Positions 62,485 to 64,000 of a stretch of 64,000 nt of DNA are shown piece by piece. This stretch comes from Nitrospirota bacterium (GTDB lineage: Bacteria > Nitrospirota > UBA9217), in the NCBI GenBank assembly GCA_963818475.1, contig CAWFSF010000006.1, positions 2,016,001 through 2,080,000 on the forward strand, in the 5' to 3' direction. A program made the translations under genes and the position numbers. The notes below the pieces were generated by a model. That model did not search any database. It was not told where the DNA came from and worked only from the letters and a program-made list of their open reading frames with translations. Position 1 is the first letter of the stretch, and every line of letters begins with the position of its first letter.

Positions 62485-62808
62485 TCACGCAGCTTTGAGT
62501 TCCCGTTCAGGGACCTTATCGCGGCCCGTAAGGATCGTCTCGGCTTGCACTATGTACCGCCACGTACACTCCGGATCGCTATCACAATTGTATTTCTCGA
62601 AAATGCGATCGACCACAAAGGCGGAATCAGCGCTCGCAGGGCTGATGAAAAGTTTCTTGATCTGCGCGATTTTTTCCGGCGGGACCGCCAGCATCCCGTG
62701 ATCATCGCGAAGATGAAGCGCCACCAACTCGGCAAGCAGCTCTTCTGTTTGCGCTTTCAAGACTTCGCTGCAATTCGGCATTACACTTGAGCATGGGAAT
62801 TCTTTCAT
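62485..62808 (-). CDS. DUF1059-like small metal-binding protein
   Basis: MKEFPCSSVMPNC...EEL...HLRDDHG pattern; SD GGAGG. Confidence 0.72.
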   Translation of the reverse strand: MKEFPCSSVMPNCSEVLKAQTEELLAELVALHLRDDHGMLAVPPEKIAQIKKLFISPASADSAFVVDRIFEKYNCDSDPECTWRYIVQAETILTGRDKVPERELKAA

Positions 62809-63424
62809 CGTATTTCACCTCCCTTTTACATCTGCTGATGAGAACCGTTTCTATTCAAATTATATCATAGGCCACAAAAAGACCCTTGGGCTTCTTGGCC
62901 ATGCCGCCATGAATCCTGTTTTTACCCCTGAAAAGCCGAATTTCAAAGTTAAATCCTGATAATTGGATATTCTGTTCTTTGGTTTTTTGCAGAAAAACCT
63001 GATACCTTTGTTTTTTTTAAATAGTTCTTGCTTTTTCAATAGAATACTGTATTATGCACCTCGACTGTTTAACATTGTGGCAGGATTTGACTGAAGTACA
63101 TCCACACGTCACCATCTTTCTGCCCTTCATATCATCGATCACTAACCCCCCTTGCTTTCAGCCTCCGCTCTGAAATTGCATCAGCATATATGGTTGGCGA
63201 ACGATGTAGTTATGCCGGTCATATTTGTGCTGGCGCCGTCTTCGCTCTCAGGGACACTTGTGTGCTCCTGCGGCCTGCACGCAAACCTCTTTGACCATCG
63301 GGTCACGGAAAGAAACAGACGCGCGAAATTTCTTTTGCACTGATCGTCACTGGATCGGCGCCTCAGGACTTTTGATTGATGCTTCTTCTTTTTGTGACAA
63401 CCATGGTCGCGTGAAAGGAACACT

Positions 63425-64000
63425 ATGCCTTTTTCAAAACTGCAGCTCAACGAACCGATCCTCAAAGCAATAAAATTGTGCGGCTATACCGCGCCCACGC
63501 CCATTCAGGAGAAGGCCATTCCCGAAGCAATGGCCGGCCATGACCTGATCGCAACGGCCCAGACCGGGACCGGCAAGACCGCGGCCTTTGTGCTGCCGGC
63601 GCTCATGCGATTGAGCGTGCCGTCAGCCTCGACCAAAAGATCAAAAGGCCCCCGCGTGCTCGTGCTCACGCCGACGCGCGAACTGGCGAACCAGATCACC
63701 ACCGCGGTCAGCACCTACGGCAAGTTCATGCGCATCCGGAGCGGCGCCATCCTGGGCGGCATGCCCTACTTCGAGCAGCAGCGCCTTCTGTCGCAGCCGG
63801 TCGACCTCATCGTGGCAACACCGGGACGGCTCATCGACCATCTGGAGCGCGGCCGCATCGATTTCTCGCGCGTTGAGCTCCTGGTCCTTGATGAAGCCGA
63901 CCGCATGCTCGACATGGGATTCAGCGAAGCCGTGGACCAGATCGCGGCAGCAACACCGGAAAATCGTCAGACCCTCATGTTCACCGCGACCATGGACAAC
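63425..64000 (+). CDS. DEAD-box RNA helicase (3' end runs off the window)
   Basis: Manual translation: PTPIQ, AQTGTGKTAAF, LTPTRELA, ATPGRL, LDEADRMLDMGF. Confidence 0.95.
   Translation, partial: MPFSKLQLNEPILKAIKLCGYTAPTPIQEKAIPEAMAGHDLIATAQTGTGKTAAFVLPALMRLSVPSASTKRSKGPRVLVLTPTRELANQITTAVSTYGKFMRIRSGAILGGMPYFEQQRLLSQPVDLIVATPGRLIDHLERGRIDFSRVELLVLDEADRMLDMGFSEAVDQIAAATPENRQTLMFTATMDN

Overview
Window from a GC-rich anaerobic bacterium, most likely a sulfur-cycling member of Nitrospirota or a relative (inferred from Dsr sequence style and gene order). 1-18.6 kb is housekeeping: dxs, ispA, xseB, an HD-GYP + HEAT gene pair, xseA, ymdB, rny, rarA, 6S RNA, zapA, ftsY, yhaM, iscR-iscS-iscU-tusA, trmH. 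18.6-28.3 kb is an accessory island. It holds an unusual 3.08-kb insertion element with two DDE transposase domains and two paralogous HTH proteins inside one pair of terminal inverted repeats, a truncated IS4, integrase-less integron remnants (two attI-like sites, two attC sites, one gene cassette) with an IS1182 inserted at an attC core, two REP-carrying MITEs and two VapBC-type TA pairs. 32-44.8 kb is a dissimilatory sulfite reductase cluster (dsrABD-N-orf-C-fdx-dsrH/E/F-like-T-MKJOP-fdx). 46-53.5 kb is a Ni-CO dehydrogenase (cooS) directly downstream of a HydABC/NuoEFG-like flavoprotein complex with bifurcating-type signatures. The rest is glgC, a nitroreductase, DAHP synthase, a yibQ-like gene, tsaD and a DEAD-box helicase. 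Many genes, including normally essential ones, carry single-base frameshifts, most consistent with uncorrected long-read assembly errors; coordinates of those genes were joined across frames by eye. A ~330-nt nested-helix candidate RNA lies directly downstream of the 6S RNA.
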